Shown: one piece after another, positions 1-7,825 of the stretch
How positions within the stretch are numbered: position 1 is the first letter of the stretch
Layout: each line of letters opens with the position of its first letter
DNA from: a virus
UHGV virus genome: UHGV-0021337
Strand: one strand, 5' to 3'
DNA length: 64,000 nt
The notes under the pieces: generated by a model
What the model was told of the DNA's origin: nothing
Database searches by the model: none
The model's input: only the letters and a program-made list of their open reading frames with translations
Translations under genes and position numbers: made by a program

Positions 1-58
1 CCGATAAGCTGAAGAAGCAGTTAACGGCAAGTGTTGGTTCAAGTCCAACTTCAATCAC
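1..58 (+). tRNA. 3' portion of a tRNA cut by the window edge; T-arm gttgg-ttcaagt-ccaac, then acceptor 3' strand, A, CCA
   Basis: T-loop GGTTCAAGTCC followed by ...tcaatc-a-cca. The anticodon lies before the window. Confidence 0.4.
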
Positions 59-182
59 CACAGACCCTACGGTAAGTATACATACGCGTAGTCCGAAGTT
101 AATGGTGGATAGAGAGGAGGACTCATTGTGCACAATGAGTGGAGCGAGCTACAAACCTCAACATGAACCTCGTAGCCTGAAT

Positions 183-256
183 GCGGAATTAGTGTAGTGG
201 TAACACAAGTGCCTTCCAAGCATTTATCACCAGTTCAAATCTGGTATTCCGCTCCA
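183..256 (+). tRNA. tRNA-Gly (anticodon TCC)
   Basis: Acceptor gcggaat pairs with attccgc. Anticodon stem agtgc/gcatt with loop cTTCCaa. T-loop cagttcaaatctgg. Encoded CCA. Confidence 0.7.
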
Positions 257-258
257 AT

Positions 259-341
259 CGGAGTATGGTGAAATTGGCAGACACGCCAGACTTAGGATCT
301 GGTGCGAAAGCGTAAGAGTTCGAGTCTCTTTATTCCGACCA
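259..341 (+). tRNA. tRNA-Leu (anticodon TAG), type II with long variable arm
   Basis: Acceptor cggagta/tattccg (one G-U pair). D-arm gtgaaattggcagacac. Anticodon stem ccaga/tctgg with loop cTTAGga. Variable arm gtgcgaaagcgt. T-arm aagag-ttcgagt-ctctt. A73 then CCA. Confidence 0.7.
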
Positions 342-604
342 CTGGGTTATTTGAGGTTGGGTTTCCCACGAAGTAGCTAATACAGCGCCTAGGTAAGTTG
401 TATTAGTTGCGTATTTGTTCTGACAAGAGTAATCTTGAAAGGTAACAAAATCTTAAACCTCCAGCCGTTGTTTTACGTTACTAGCCCGCCCCCAACGATA
501 AACGCAGGTGAACTAGACCGAGATGTTTGCTTATGTACAAAAGCGACATCTCGATAATGAGTCTTACTGACGTACTTAGTTTAAGTTTGATTCTTAAAAG
601 ACTC

Positions 605-633
605 TTGATTGTTTTGTATATTTATCATATAAT
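605..633 (+). promoter_or_regulatory. sigma70-type promoter TTGATT-17-TATAAT; the ATG at 640 sits about 7 nt after the -10, so the transcript is possibly leaderless
   Basis: ttgatt at 605-610, 17-nt spacer, tataat at 628-633. No RBS before the ATG at 640. Confidence 0.45.
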
Positions 634-639
634 GTAAGT

Positions 640-951
640 ATGAAGATAATTAGTATAACAATTGATAACAAGATATCACTAATTGAAATCTCGGAAATGA
701 AACACGAATTTCCGTATGCAAGAAGAATCCCTAACCAGAGCGAATATTACTACATATTTGATGACGGTGACGCTTTAGGCGAAGGAACTCCAGTAAATAA
801 TCTTTGTAGTAATCTTGCAAAAGATGAAGTTCTAGGTGATGCATATGTTGTTAAGTCAAACATTGATATAACAGGACTTGCATTTGAATCTGATTGTGTT
901 CCGTGTACGGATGTTGATTTAGCCATAGTAACTAAAATGTGTCTGGTGTAG
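640..951 (+). CDS. hypothetical protein
   Basis: ORF immediately downstream of the consensus promoter. Stop overlaps the next start (TAGTATG). Confidence 0.5.
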   Translation: MKIISITIDNKISLIEISEMKHEFPYARRIPNQSEYYYIFDDGDALGEGTPVNNLCSNLAKDEVLGDAYVVKSNIDITGLAFESDCVPCTDVDLAIVTKMCLV

Positions 952-952
952 T

Positions 953-1405
953 ATGAAAACGATAAGAGAATATTTTGAAGAATTGAATAAATTAGAAGAG
1001 ACTACATTTAGACCTTCATTGATAGGCAAACATTACAATAAGCACGTTGCAAAAGATTTAAAACAATACTTGTTAGATGAAACAGACGAATTATTTGACC
1101 CTATATCAGAAGAAGAATATGACTACGATGGAGATACTTTGTCAAAGATGACTGTTAACACTTCGGAGTATGATAGTGAAGACGATGTAATCGGTTTTGT
1201 CGGGCTAAATAATTTCAATGAAGAAAACGTGTATAAATTTCGTAAGTCAGAAAGCGATTTAGTTATATACAGAGCAGATAAAGATGCTGCGTATACTATA
1301 ACATATTTCAAAGCTTCAGGTGATGGCAGATCCAGATATGAACGATTGAAGAATAAGCACTACCTTCGTGAAATAAAACCTGAAGATGATTTTTATAACA
1401 GGTAA
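953..1405 (+). CDS. hypothetical acidic protein
   Basis: 150-aa ORF coupled to the upstream gene. Confidence 0.5.
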   Translation: MKTIREYFEELNKLEETTFRPSLIGKHYNKHVAKDLKQYLLDETDELFDPISEEEYDYDGDTLSKMTVNTSEYDSEDDVIGFVGLNNFNEENVYKFRKSESDLVIYRADKDAAYTITYFKASGDGRSRYERLKNKHYLREIKPEDDFYNR

Positions 1406-1411
1406 AAGTAT

Positions 1412-1440
1412 TTGATTTATTCTTTGATATATATTATAAT
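1412..1440 (+). promoter_or_regulatory. sigma70-type promoter TTGATT-17-TATAAT
   Basis: ttgatt at 1412-1417, 17-nt spacer, tataat at 1435-1440, then RBS agggag and the ATG at 1475. Confidence 0.45.
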
Positions 1441-1474
1441 GTATGTATAAAATAAATATTAGGGAGTAACAAAT

Positions 1475-1612
1475 ATGAAATTATATGCAACGAAGGAAGA
1501 ACTTTACGACACTTGTATGAAAAGCGAAGCTGGTATAACAGTTATTGCAGTTGCCGTTTATAGCGAGAACAGTGGTGAGTTTTTGGGCTACCGTAAAGAA
1601 TACTTGGAATAA
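1475..1612 (+). CDS. small hypothetical protein (45 aa)
   Basis: Promoter, RBS agggag 8 nt upstream, ATG, 45 codons, TAA. Not in the ORF track because it is under 60 aa. Confidence 0.3.
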   Translation: MKLYATKEELYDTCMKSEAGITVIAVAVYSENSGEFLGYRKEYLE

Positions 1613-1898
1613 CTTAAAGCCAACTGTCTTCGGCAAATCTAAATTCGTTGTAAGTTAGCTACAGAAAATCTTAAAGCTGTAAAATTTAATAATAGGTGCT
1701 ACGAAGCAACAAGGAGAAGCAAAACGTTTGAACCGTTAGTAAGCTTGCCTGAGAGTAGTAGAAGCTGTAGTAAATGGAATTTGATAAACAGCCTATTAAA
1801 TAATAAATAGTGGTGCTGATTACCAGACGCAGTTGGGCGTAAAGGGTAGACTCAAAAGGTCAGTTAAATGGTCTAGACGACAGCCACTATCATATTTC

Positions 1899-1949
1899 CC
1901 CAATCGTATTACTGGTTGTAATTAGGGTTCGATTCCCTCGGTTGGGCAG
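1899..1949 (+). ncRNA. tRNA-like minihelix: 8-bp acceptor-like stem plus a T-arm, with no D-arm or anticodon arm
   Basis: cccaatcg pairs with cggttggg. Between them lie tattactggttgtaatt and the T-arm aggg-ttcgatt-ccct. Confidence 0.3.
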
Positions 1950-1987
1950 AAAGTACGCGATGAACTTTCTGAATTATCGCACAAAAT

Positions 1988-2021
1988 CCTTATTTATAGT
2001 GACATCTTATTTATAGTGACA
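1988..2021. repeat. perfect tandem direct repeat, 2 x 17 bp (cttatttatagtgacat)
   Basis: Read directly: tccTTATTTATAGTGACATcTTATTTATAGTGACATtacg. Confidence 0.6.
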
Positions 2022-2331
2022 TTACGATTTAAGGCGGCGCGACATCGAAGTTGCGAGGGTTGAAGGACAAATCCCTAATAATAACCAAAATTTACGGGGT
2101 ATTCCCGTTACGGAAAGATCTGACCTACAAAAGGTTGGACTGAAACTCGCTTGTTTTACACAAGAGAGAACTCCTATTACAATATGGGTTACGGACGAAA
2201 AGAGGGGAAATCAATTCGTCAACTAACTTAGTAATAGGTTAGAAAATTAAAACCAGAATAACCCGAATGGTTTGGATCCTCTAGGCACGTGAGGTTTTAC
2301 CTGAAGTACAAAGGTGTAGGGTTATTTATAT

Positions 2332-2382
2332 GCTTCACAGTGTGTACGGCACGAAAGGACAGTTCGATTCTGTCGTGAAGCA
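2332..2382 (+). ncRNA. second tRNA-like minihelix: acceptor stem gcttcac/gtgaagc plus T-arm gacag-ttcgatt-ctgtc
   Basis: 7-bp acceptor pairing flanks an 18-nt segment and a canonical T-loop GTTCGATTC. No D-arm or anticodon arm. Confidence 0.3.
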
Positions 2383-2560
2383 AGTAGGGTGTTTATTATT
2401 TCAGGCCCTAAGTTATCCGTCAGAGATAAGCCATAAATGGAGAAACCGAAATAATCGATGTATTGAGTTGGCTTAGGTCGTAATAATTGAGAGCCGACAG
2501 TTGGGCACTTGCTTAAAATGTGTTATTCGCGAATGACGCCTCGGAAAGACGAGGATGCAT

Positions 2561-2635
2561 GGGGAACGTAGTGTAAAGGTAACACGGCAGTTTGTGGCAC
2601 TGCAATTTAAAGTTCGATTCTTTACTTTCCCACCA
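2561..2635 (+). tRNA. tRNA-His (anticodon GTG) with an extra 5' G(-1)
   Basis: Four G residues precede the acceptor, consistent with the His G-1 hallmark. Anticodon stem gcagt/actgc with loop ttGTGgc. T-arm taaag-ttcgatt-cttta. Acceptor 3' strand ctttccc, then A, then CCA. A hairpin cctcg-gaaaga-cgagg lies 6 nt upstream. Confidence 0.65.
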
Positions 2636-2801
2636 CTTGTCATTAGGTATTTAGTAGTTTTCCCAAGAGACAAGCAAATCAAACTACTCGGTAGGCCTCG
2701 CCGTTATCACGCCGCTGCAAGCATACTAGGAAAAGGAATGTGCTTCGGAGTTTCTTGTTTCTTCGTCAACGTGAAATTGCAAATCGCAAACAAGAATTTA
2801 T

Positions 2802-2886
2802 TGCCGAGTGGCGAAATTGGTAGACGCACCAGATTTTGATTCTGGCAACGAAAGTTATAGGGGTTCAAGTCCCTTCTCGGTAGCCA
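2802..2886 (+). tRNA. tRNA-Gln (anticodon TTG) with an unusually long variable region
   Basis: U1:A72 weak first pair and a G73 discriminator, which are E. coli Gln identity elements. The anticodon arm ccaga-ttTTGat-tctgg is near-identical to E. coli tRNA-Gln. A 13-nt variable region precedes the T-arm agggg-ttcaagt-ccctt. Confidence 0.55.
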
Positions 2887-2987
2887 ATGGTTGGAAGTTG
2901 AAAACATACCTTAAACTTCCTGATGTTATTAGGCTAAAAGCTAATACGGTGCGATTTTTGCTCGTCTTGCTCCGTTAAGGCAGACAT

Positions 2988-3081
2988 GGAAGTTTACTCA
3001 ATGTTGGCAAAGAGGACAGTTTGCTAAACTGTTAGGTCTTCGTAAGGGGGCGAGTAGGGTCGGCACCTACAACTTCCGCCA
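2988..3081 (+). tRNA. tRNA-Ser (anticodon GCT), type II
   Basis: Acceptor ggaagtt/aacttcc, then G73 and CCA. Anticodon stem acagt/actgt with loop ttGCTaa. Long variable arm. Atypical T-loop gtcggca in the T-arm gtagg/cctac. Confidence 0.5.
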
Positions 3082-3149
3082 TAAAGAATACAAAATAAAT
3101 TTCTAAGTTTTATAACAAAATTATTGTATATAACTTATATAAGAAATAT

Positions 3150-3225
3150 GCTGGTGTAGCTCAATTGGCAGAGCAGCTGATTTGTAATCAGCAGGTTGCG
3201 GGTTCGATTCCAGTCACCAGCTCCA
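3150..3225 (+). tRNA. tRNA-Thr (anticodon TGT)
   Basis: Acceptor gctggtg/caccagc. D-stem gctc/gagc. Anticodon stem gctga/tcagc with loop ttTGTaa. T-loop gggttcgattcc with one stem mismatch. CCA. Confidence 0.65.
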
Positions 3226-3323
3226 CAGGTTTTATTTTATAACATTTGTTGCACCAATGTAAAAAGCAATAAAGTTGTGTAGTACTTGCGCAATATGGAC
3301 AACTTGATAAATGTTATTTTTAT

Positions 3324-3400
3324 GGCCCCTTAGCGTAATTGGTTATCGTGTCTGACTGTCTATCAGAAGATTGCAGGTTCGAGTCCTGTAGGGGCCGCCA
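3324..3400 (+). tRNA. tRNA-Asp (anticodon GTC)
   Basis: Acceptor ggcccct/aggggcc, then G73 and CCA. Anticodon stem tctga/tcaga with loop cuGTCua, as in E. coli tRNA-Asp cuGUCac. T-arm caggttcgagtcctg. Confidence 0.6.
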
Positions 3401-3539
3401 AAAAGCAGCTGTTGTTCTTTTATTAAGAGGCAGAACAACTATTTCTTGCCTGAATGACAAGACAACAATGTTATTTCGTATCGAGTAATGTTGTTTGAGT
3501 TATTTAACGAGTAGGGATACGGAAACGCTCGTATTGTAT

Positions 3540-3614
3540 CGCAGAGTAGAGAAACGGCATCTCACTTGGCTCATAACCAAGGGACAATTGGTTCGACTCC
3601 AATCTTTGCAACCA
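3540..3614 (+). tRNA. tRNA-Met (anticodon CAT) with initiator-like features
   Basis: C1/A72 mismatch at the top of the acceptor stem and an A11:U24 pair in the D-stem gaga/tctc, both initiator hallmarks. Anticodon stem cttgg/ccaag with loop cuCATaa. T-arm attgg-ttcgact-ccaat. CCA. Confidence 0.6.
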
Positions 3615-3660
3615 CTCATACCTTCCATATTTGCACCTCCTTAGGAAGAAGAAAGCACTT

Positions 3661-3689
3661 CGTGTTACTACACGGGGTGTTTTCTTTTG
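3661..3689 (+). terminator. rho-independent terminator after the tRNA block
   Basis: Hairpin cgtgt-tact-acacg followed by gggtgttttctttt. Confidence 0.5.
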
Positions 3690-3715
3690 ATTGTTATATT
3701 GAAATACCTTATATT
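3687..3715 (+). promoter_or_regulatory. sigma70-type promoter TTGATT-17-TATATT
   Basis: ttgatt at 3687-3692, 17-nt spacer, tatatt at 3710-3715. RBS aagagg and the ATG at 3747 follow. Confidence 0.4.
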
Positions 3716-3746
3716 ATATGTGTAGAAAGAAATAAGAGGTGTATAT

Positions 3747-3983
3747 ATGAAAATCTACTATGAAGATTCTATTCAAAATTTCGAGTTTTGGGACGAAGCC
3801 AAAAAACACGCAGAATTGTTGACTGAATCTGAACTAGACCAGTTTGAAGATTTTGTAAATGAAGCTTATCCAGAAGGCATCGAAGACACAGAGTTAAACG
3901 ATTGGATGTGGTTCGATTTTGAAAGCGTATGTGCTGCAATTGGTCTTGAGTTTGACGCAGAAAATAACAAGGTACTACGATGA
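3747..3983 (+). CDS. hypothetical acidic protein
   Basis: ORF with RBS aagaggtg. Confidence 0.5.
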   Translation: MKIYYEDSIQNFEFWDEAKKHAELLTESELDQFEDFVNEAYPEGIEDTELNDWMWFDFESVCAAIGLEFDAENNKVLR

Positions 3984-4336
3984 AAAATACTTACATATAT
4001 GCAATCGAAGTTACTCCTATTGTTCAAAATGTGCTTAAAGAGCCAAAAATCTCTTGTGAAGCTTACCAAGATATAAACAATGCAGTTGACTTCATAGAGT
4101 CTAGAGCAGATAGTCCTAAACGCGTAAATAGCGAGTTTGTGTGGATAAGTAATTACAATAAGTATAGAATTCTTTTTATTAAGGTGGTGTTAAGACCTCT
4201 GGATGGTGCATATGTAACAAAAGCTCTTGATAGTCAGACAGGAGAAGTTATTCTTCGTAGATACGCTAGAAATCCAAGAGTTCGAGATAATATGTTAAAC
4301 ACAACAATTGCACAAGCTGAAAAAAATATTGTCTAA
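3980..4336 (+). CDS. hypothetical protein
   Basis: ATGA overlap with the upstream gene. Confidence 0.5.
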   Translation: MKNTYIYAIEVTPIVQNVLKEPKISCEAYQDINNAVDFIESRADSPKRVNSEFVWISNYNKYRILFIKVVLRPLDGAYVTKALDSQTGEVILRRYARNPRVRDNMLNTTIAQAEKNIV

Positions 4337-4348
4337 TAGAGGTGTTGT

Positions 4349-4756
4349 ATGAGAACATTAAGTAAAGACATCTTGATGATATGCAAGATGTGGTATGATA
4401 AAGATAACAATACAAGCGTTGTTAATGCTTTAAGCAAATATATTGAAACCTATACGTGGTGCGAACCAGATACAGATACTTTGAATCATTTCTTAGGCCA
4501 CGCAATTAAAAAGTTTATTGATACTAACACGCTGGTAAACATGTTGAAAGAACACAGTGAGTCAATGACACACAGAAACGAATTGCCCAAAATATTTATA
4601 CTACAAACATATATATCATTGTTACAACTTAAAGAAGTATCAGACATTGACTTAACTGAGTACGATAAAATAGAGAGCTATGTTCAAAATCCGGTAGTAA
4701 AGAATAAAGACTGGTGGGAGTATTTTGCTGACCCAGTAGAAGATGATAGAGATTAA
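4349..4756 (+). CDS. hypothetical protein
   Basis: ORF with RBS agaggtg. Confidence 0.5.
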   Translation: MRTLSKDILMICKMWYDKDNNTSVVNALSKYIETYTWCEPDTDTLNHFLGHAIKKFIDTNTLVNMLKEHSESMTHRNELPKIFILQTYISLLQLKEVSDIDLTEYDKIESYVQNPVVKNKDWWEYFADPVEDDRD

Positions 4757-4774
4757 ATAGAAGAGGTATATAAT

Positions 4775-5092
4775 ATGATATATGACGCAGAGAACGGTTA
4801 TGGATTACAATTTACAAAATTTGACGAACAATATGAAGATTGTATAATCTATCGTGAGAGTAAGGAACAGATAATTGAACTTGCAGACAAGATTATTAGA
4901 AGTTTTGGAGAACGCGGGCTGATGGATGAACTAAATGAAATGCAAGGTCACGCACTTTACAACGACAAAATGGCGGGAAAATTTACAGAAGCTGAATTAG
5001 AAAAGAGCTGTTGGTCAAACAAATTTGAAATTCCAAGTTACTTTATTGACTTACTACTTGCAAAATACAACATGTGTGTTCGTGGATGGTAA
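4775..5092 (+). CDS. hypothetical protein
   Basis: ORF with RBS agaggta. Confidence 0.5.
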   Translation: MIYDAENGYGLQFTKFDEQYEDCIIYRESKEQIIELADKIIRSFGERGLMDELNEMQGHALYNDKMAGKFTEAELEKSCWSNKFEIPSYFIDLLLAKYNMCVRGW

Positions 5093-5421
5093 ATATGATT
5101 TTTAGAACTGTTCTACAGAGAAACAAAAGAAACGAACACTACGTGAAATCATTAAAGAAAGTTTATGCAATAGTCTACAGAGCTGCGTACGGAGTTGACG
5201 AGTTTCCATTTAGTAATAAATACAAAGATAAAGCAAAATGTAGGCCATTAGTTTGGGATTATGACGACCATAATGGAACAACTGATGCTTACTATTTAAG
5301 AGAACTAGAACATATAACAACTGGAATCATTTACTTGTGGACATTTTCAAAAGAAGATGCAAAGAGGATTGCAGCTCAGAAAAATTTGAGTTTATCGCGT
5401 CGCGAAGAAGTACGTGAATAA
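5074..5421 (+). CDS. hypothetical protein; the start may instead be the internal ATG at 5095
   Basis: ORF overlapping the upstream gene end. Confidence 0.45.
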   Translation: MCSWMVNMIFRTVLQRNKRNEHYVKSLKKVYAIVYRAAYGVDEFPFSNKYKDKAKCRPLVWDYDDHNGTTDAYYLRELEHITTGIIYLWTFSKEDAKRIAAQKNLSLSRREEVRE

Positions 5422-5448
5422 TTAAAGCAAAGTATTTACAATTGATAG

Positions 5449-5486
5449 CCGCATAAGTTGATTCTTATGCGGATTTACTTTATAAT
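5449..5486 (+). promoter_or_regulatory. 9-bp hairpin ccgcataag/cttatgcgg with TTGATT in its loop, followed 17 nt later by TATAAT; terminator and promoter overlap
   Basis: agCCGCATAAGttgattCTTATGCGGatttactttataat. Confidence 0.45.
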
Positions 5487-5505
5487 AAAGATATAAAATA
5501 AAGAG

Positions 5506-5850
5506 GTGACAAACATGAAAAAATTTGCGAAAGGCACAGTTGTTAAAATTGTTGATGTAGGAGAACAGTATACTACTTACTGGAGTTGGGTAAGCAAAAA
5601 TGCTCCAGAGTATTTTGATGCGTGGTATAATCGTAAAAATGTTTTGAAGCAAGAGGATGCAGGAAAACACGCAGTTGTTATTAAACACGCTCCACATGGT
5701 CGTCAACACACAGAACTATATTTGATATTTGTCAACAATGAGTTTCAATTGATAGGTCATAAAGGGCTTAAACGTGCATATAAATCTCGTAAGCCTTTCG
5801 AGTTTGATTTTGAAACGCATTATTATAAGGTAAATGTAAACCATGATTAA
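5506..5850 (+). CDS. hypothetical protein
   Basis: RBS aagaggtg. Confidence 0.5.
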   Translation: MTNMKKFAKGTVVKIVDVGEQYTTYWSWVSKNAPEYFDAWYNRKNVLKQEDAGKHAVVIKHAPHGRQHTELYLIFVNNEFQLIGHKGLKRAYKSRKPFEFDFETHYYKVNVNHD

Positions 5851-6313
5851 GAAAATACCTGAAGATACAAAATGGTTTCATTTTAAGAACGTAAATCCCA
5901 AGGGACTTCGAACGACGGATTGTGTAGTACGTGGTCTTGCAGGAGCATTAAACCAAGAATGGGAAACAACTTATCGAGAAGTCTTTGAGTTAGGACTTAA
6001 ACTTTGCCGTCCTCCCGAAGATGATGTGGTAGTTGAAAAGTATTTACAGTCTAAAGGGGCTATAAAGATTGGACAGCCGAAAACTAAACTTGGAACAAAA
6101 CTATACGGTCAAGAAGTGTGCGGCTTAATCCAAACAGGAGAGTTTATAGATAATGACGGAGTTGTACTCCTGTATAAAAACTATTATCTTAATTTAGGCT
6201 CTGGACACGCGGCTTGTATTGTTGACGGAAAAGTACAAGACATCTGGAACTCCAGTTTTGAAAAAGTAGGAAAGATGTGGGCTATACCACAAGGAGGAAC
6301 TTATGATTACTAA
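5843..6313 (+). CDS. hypothetical protein; a conserved Cys (TDCVVRG) and His (GSGHAACIV) suggest a possible Cys-His hydrolase
   Basis: ORF. The motif reading is weak. Confidence 0.45.
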   Translation: MIKKIPEDTKWFHFKNVNPKGLRTTDCVVRGLAGALNQEWETTYREVFELGLKLCRPPEDDVVVEKYLQSKGAIKIGQPKTKLGTKLYGQEVCGLIQTGEFIDNDGVVLLYKNYYLNLGSGHAACIVDGKVQDIWNSSFEKVGKMWAIPQGGTYDY

Positions 6314-6773
6314 TAATCCCGAACTTAATCAATACATTGCAAACTTAAAAGCATACTGTGCTGACATACTCGTTATGGCAAACAGAGAAGCAATGAATAG
6401 TTCAACTGATTATATTCGTTGCGTTGAACTGAATGCGATAATCGTTGATTATCAAAACTTCATAAATATGCTTAACATGGAGGAGTTTTATCCAAAATCT
6501 GTACTCAACTCAACGCGGCGTGAGTTAGCTGTAGGAGATGAAGTGTACGTTATAACTAAAAGCGTTTCTTACGAGGACAGGTGTAAAGGAATAAGGCGCA
6601 ATGTAGTTAAAGGATATGTGAAGAAGTGCATAGCTAGTAAAAATAAAGCTCTATATGTTATAATGTCTGACAAGAAGAATGGATATCACATAGGTAACTT
6701 TGTTAAAACGTCCGTAGGTAAAACTATTTTCTACAGTAAAGAGGAAGCAGAACAAGCACTCAAAAAACATTGA
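6303..6773 (+). CDS. hypothetical protein
   Basis: ORF overlapping the upstream stop. Confidence 0.5.
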   Translation: MITNNPELNQYIANLKAYCADILVMANREAMNSSTDYIRCVELNAIIVDYQNFINMLNMEEFYPKSVLNSTRRELAVGDEVYVITKSVSYEDRCKGIRRNVVKGYVKKCIASKNKALYVIMSDKKNGYHIGNFVKTSVGKTIFYSKEEAEQALKKH

Positions 6774-6798
6774 TTGTTTTTCAGATTTATAATATAAT
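6770..6798 (+). promoter_or_regulatory. sigma70-type promoter TTGATT-17-TATAAT
   Basis: ttgatt at 6770-6775 and tataat at 6793-6798. Confidence 0.4.
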
Positions 6799-6829
6799 AC
6801 AAATGTAAAATCACGTTACAGGTGTGTAA

Positions 6830-7825
6830 ATGAAAGAATTTAAAATGTTTTGCGGACTTAGCGGGGCAGGCAAATCAAGCTATATACAAGACTTTGTACA
6901 CAAGCTAAGAGCCGAATGTTACAATGTTGAAGTGTTATCTTCAGACGCGCTACGAAAAGAAGTTTACGGAGATGTGAATGACCAAACGCACAATAAAGAA
7001 GTGTTTGACATCATCCACACAAAGATTAGACAGTGGGCAACAAGAGAATACAATAAGCGTGATATCTTAATTGTTGATGCTACAAATCTTACACGAAAGA
7101 ACCGAATGGCTATGCTCAACATTGTAAAACAATCGAAAGACGTTTCCGATATACATTGTAGTGTAGTGGTTATAGCTACTCCTGTTGAAAAGTGTATCGC
7201 AAATGATGCAATGAGAGAGCGAACAGTTGGTAGAGATGTTATCCTTAAGCAGCTATGTAAGTTTTCTGTACCACAAAGATTTGAAGGTTGGGACGAAATC
7301 GACTTTGTCCGTGACCAAGGAGTTGACTTCAAACATTCTTACGACATAATGGAAAGAATGATAGGGGTTGACCAAAATAATCCGCACCATAAATACACGC
7401 TATTCGAGCACTGTATGAAAGCAAGATACATTGCAGAAGCAATAACGCGGTGCAGAGAGGTTGCAGTAGCTGCTCAATATCACGACATAGGTAAGCTTTT
7501 TACTAAAACAACCGATGAAAACGGTGTGTCACACTACTATAATCACGCTAATGTGTCAGCATACTACATGATGGTAAACAGCGATTTGTTGAAAGAAACT
7601 TCTGCTTACTACATTGACGTAATGCGAGTGCTATTCTTAATCGAAAACCATATGATAATTAGAGACATCGACAAACATTGCTCAAAAAAGTATCGCAAAA
7701 TATGGGGTGACACTCTGTACGACGAAGTATTGTACTTTAGCAAGATTGATGAGGAAGCATCAAGTGTTAGCAGAGAAGAACACATTGAATTAGACAACAG
7801 GAAGAAAGAGAATGAAAATAACTAA
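6830..7825 (+). CDS. P-loop polynucleotide-kinase-like domain fused to an HD-superfamily phosphohydrolase; putative RNA/tRNA end-healing enzyme
   Basis: Walker A GLSGAGKSS and a kinase-like DATNLTRKNR segment in the N-terminal half. The C-terminal half has H..HH and the HD signature (HHKYTLFEH...QYHDIGK). Confidence 0.55.
   Translation: MKEFKMFCGLSGAGKSSYIQDFVHKLRAECYNVEVLSSDALRKEVYGDVNDQTHNKEVFDIIHTKIRQWATREYNKRDILIVDATNLTRKNRMAMLNIVKQSKDVSDIHCSVVVIATPVEKCIANDAMRERTVGRDVILKQLCKFSVPQRFEGWDEIDFVRDQGVDFKHSYDIMERMIGVDQNNPHHKYTLFEHCMKARYIAEAITRCREVAVAAQYHDIGKLFTKTTDENGVSHYYNHANVSAYYMMVNSDLLKETSAYYIDVMRVLFLIENHMIIRDIDKHCSKKYRKIWGDTLYDEVLYFSKIDEEASSVSREEHIELDNRKKENENN

Noticed and set aside
1811-1947. 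Possible tmRNA (5' GGUGCUGAUU resembles tmRNA GGGGCUGAUU; 3' T-arm present)
   Set aside because: The element is only about 140 nt, with no tag-peptide reading frame or pseudoknot-sized body. Its 3' part is better explained as a tRNA-like minihelix.
2473-2907. ORFs 2473..2682(-), 2555..2839(+), 2707..2907(-) and 3566..3763(+) in the ORF track
   Set aside because: They overlap the His, Gln and Met tRNA genes and structured non-coding sequence. They have no RBS and are most likely artefacts of AT-rich sequence.
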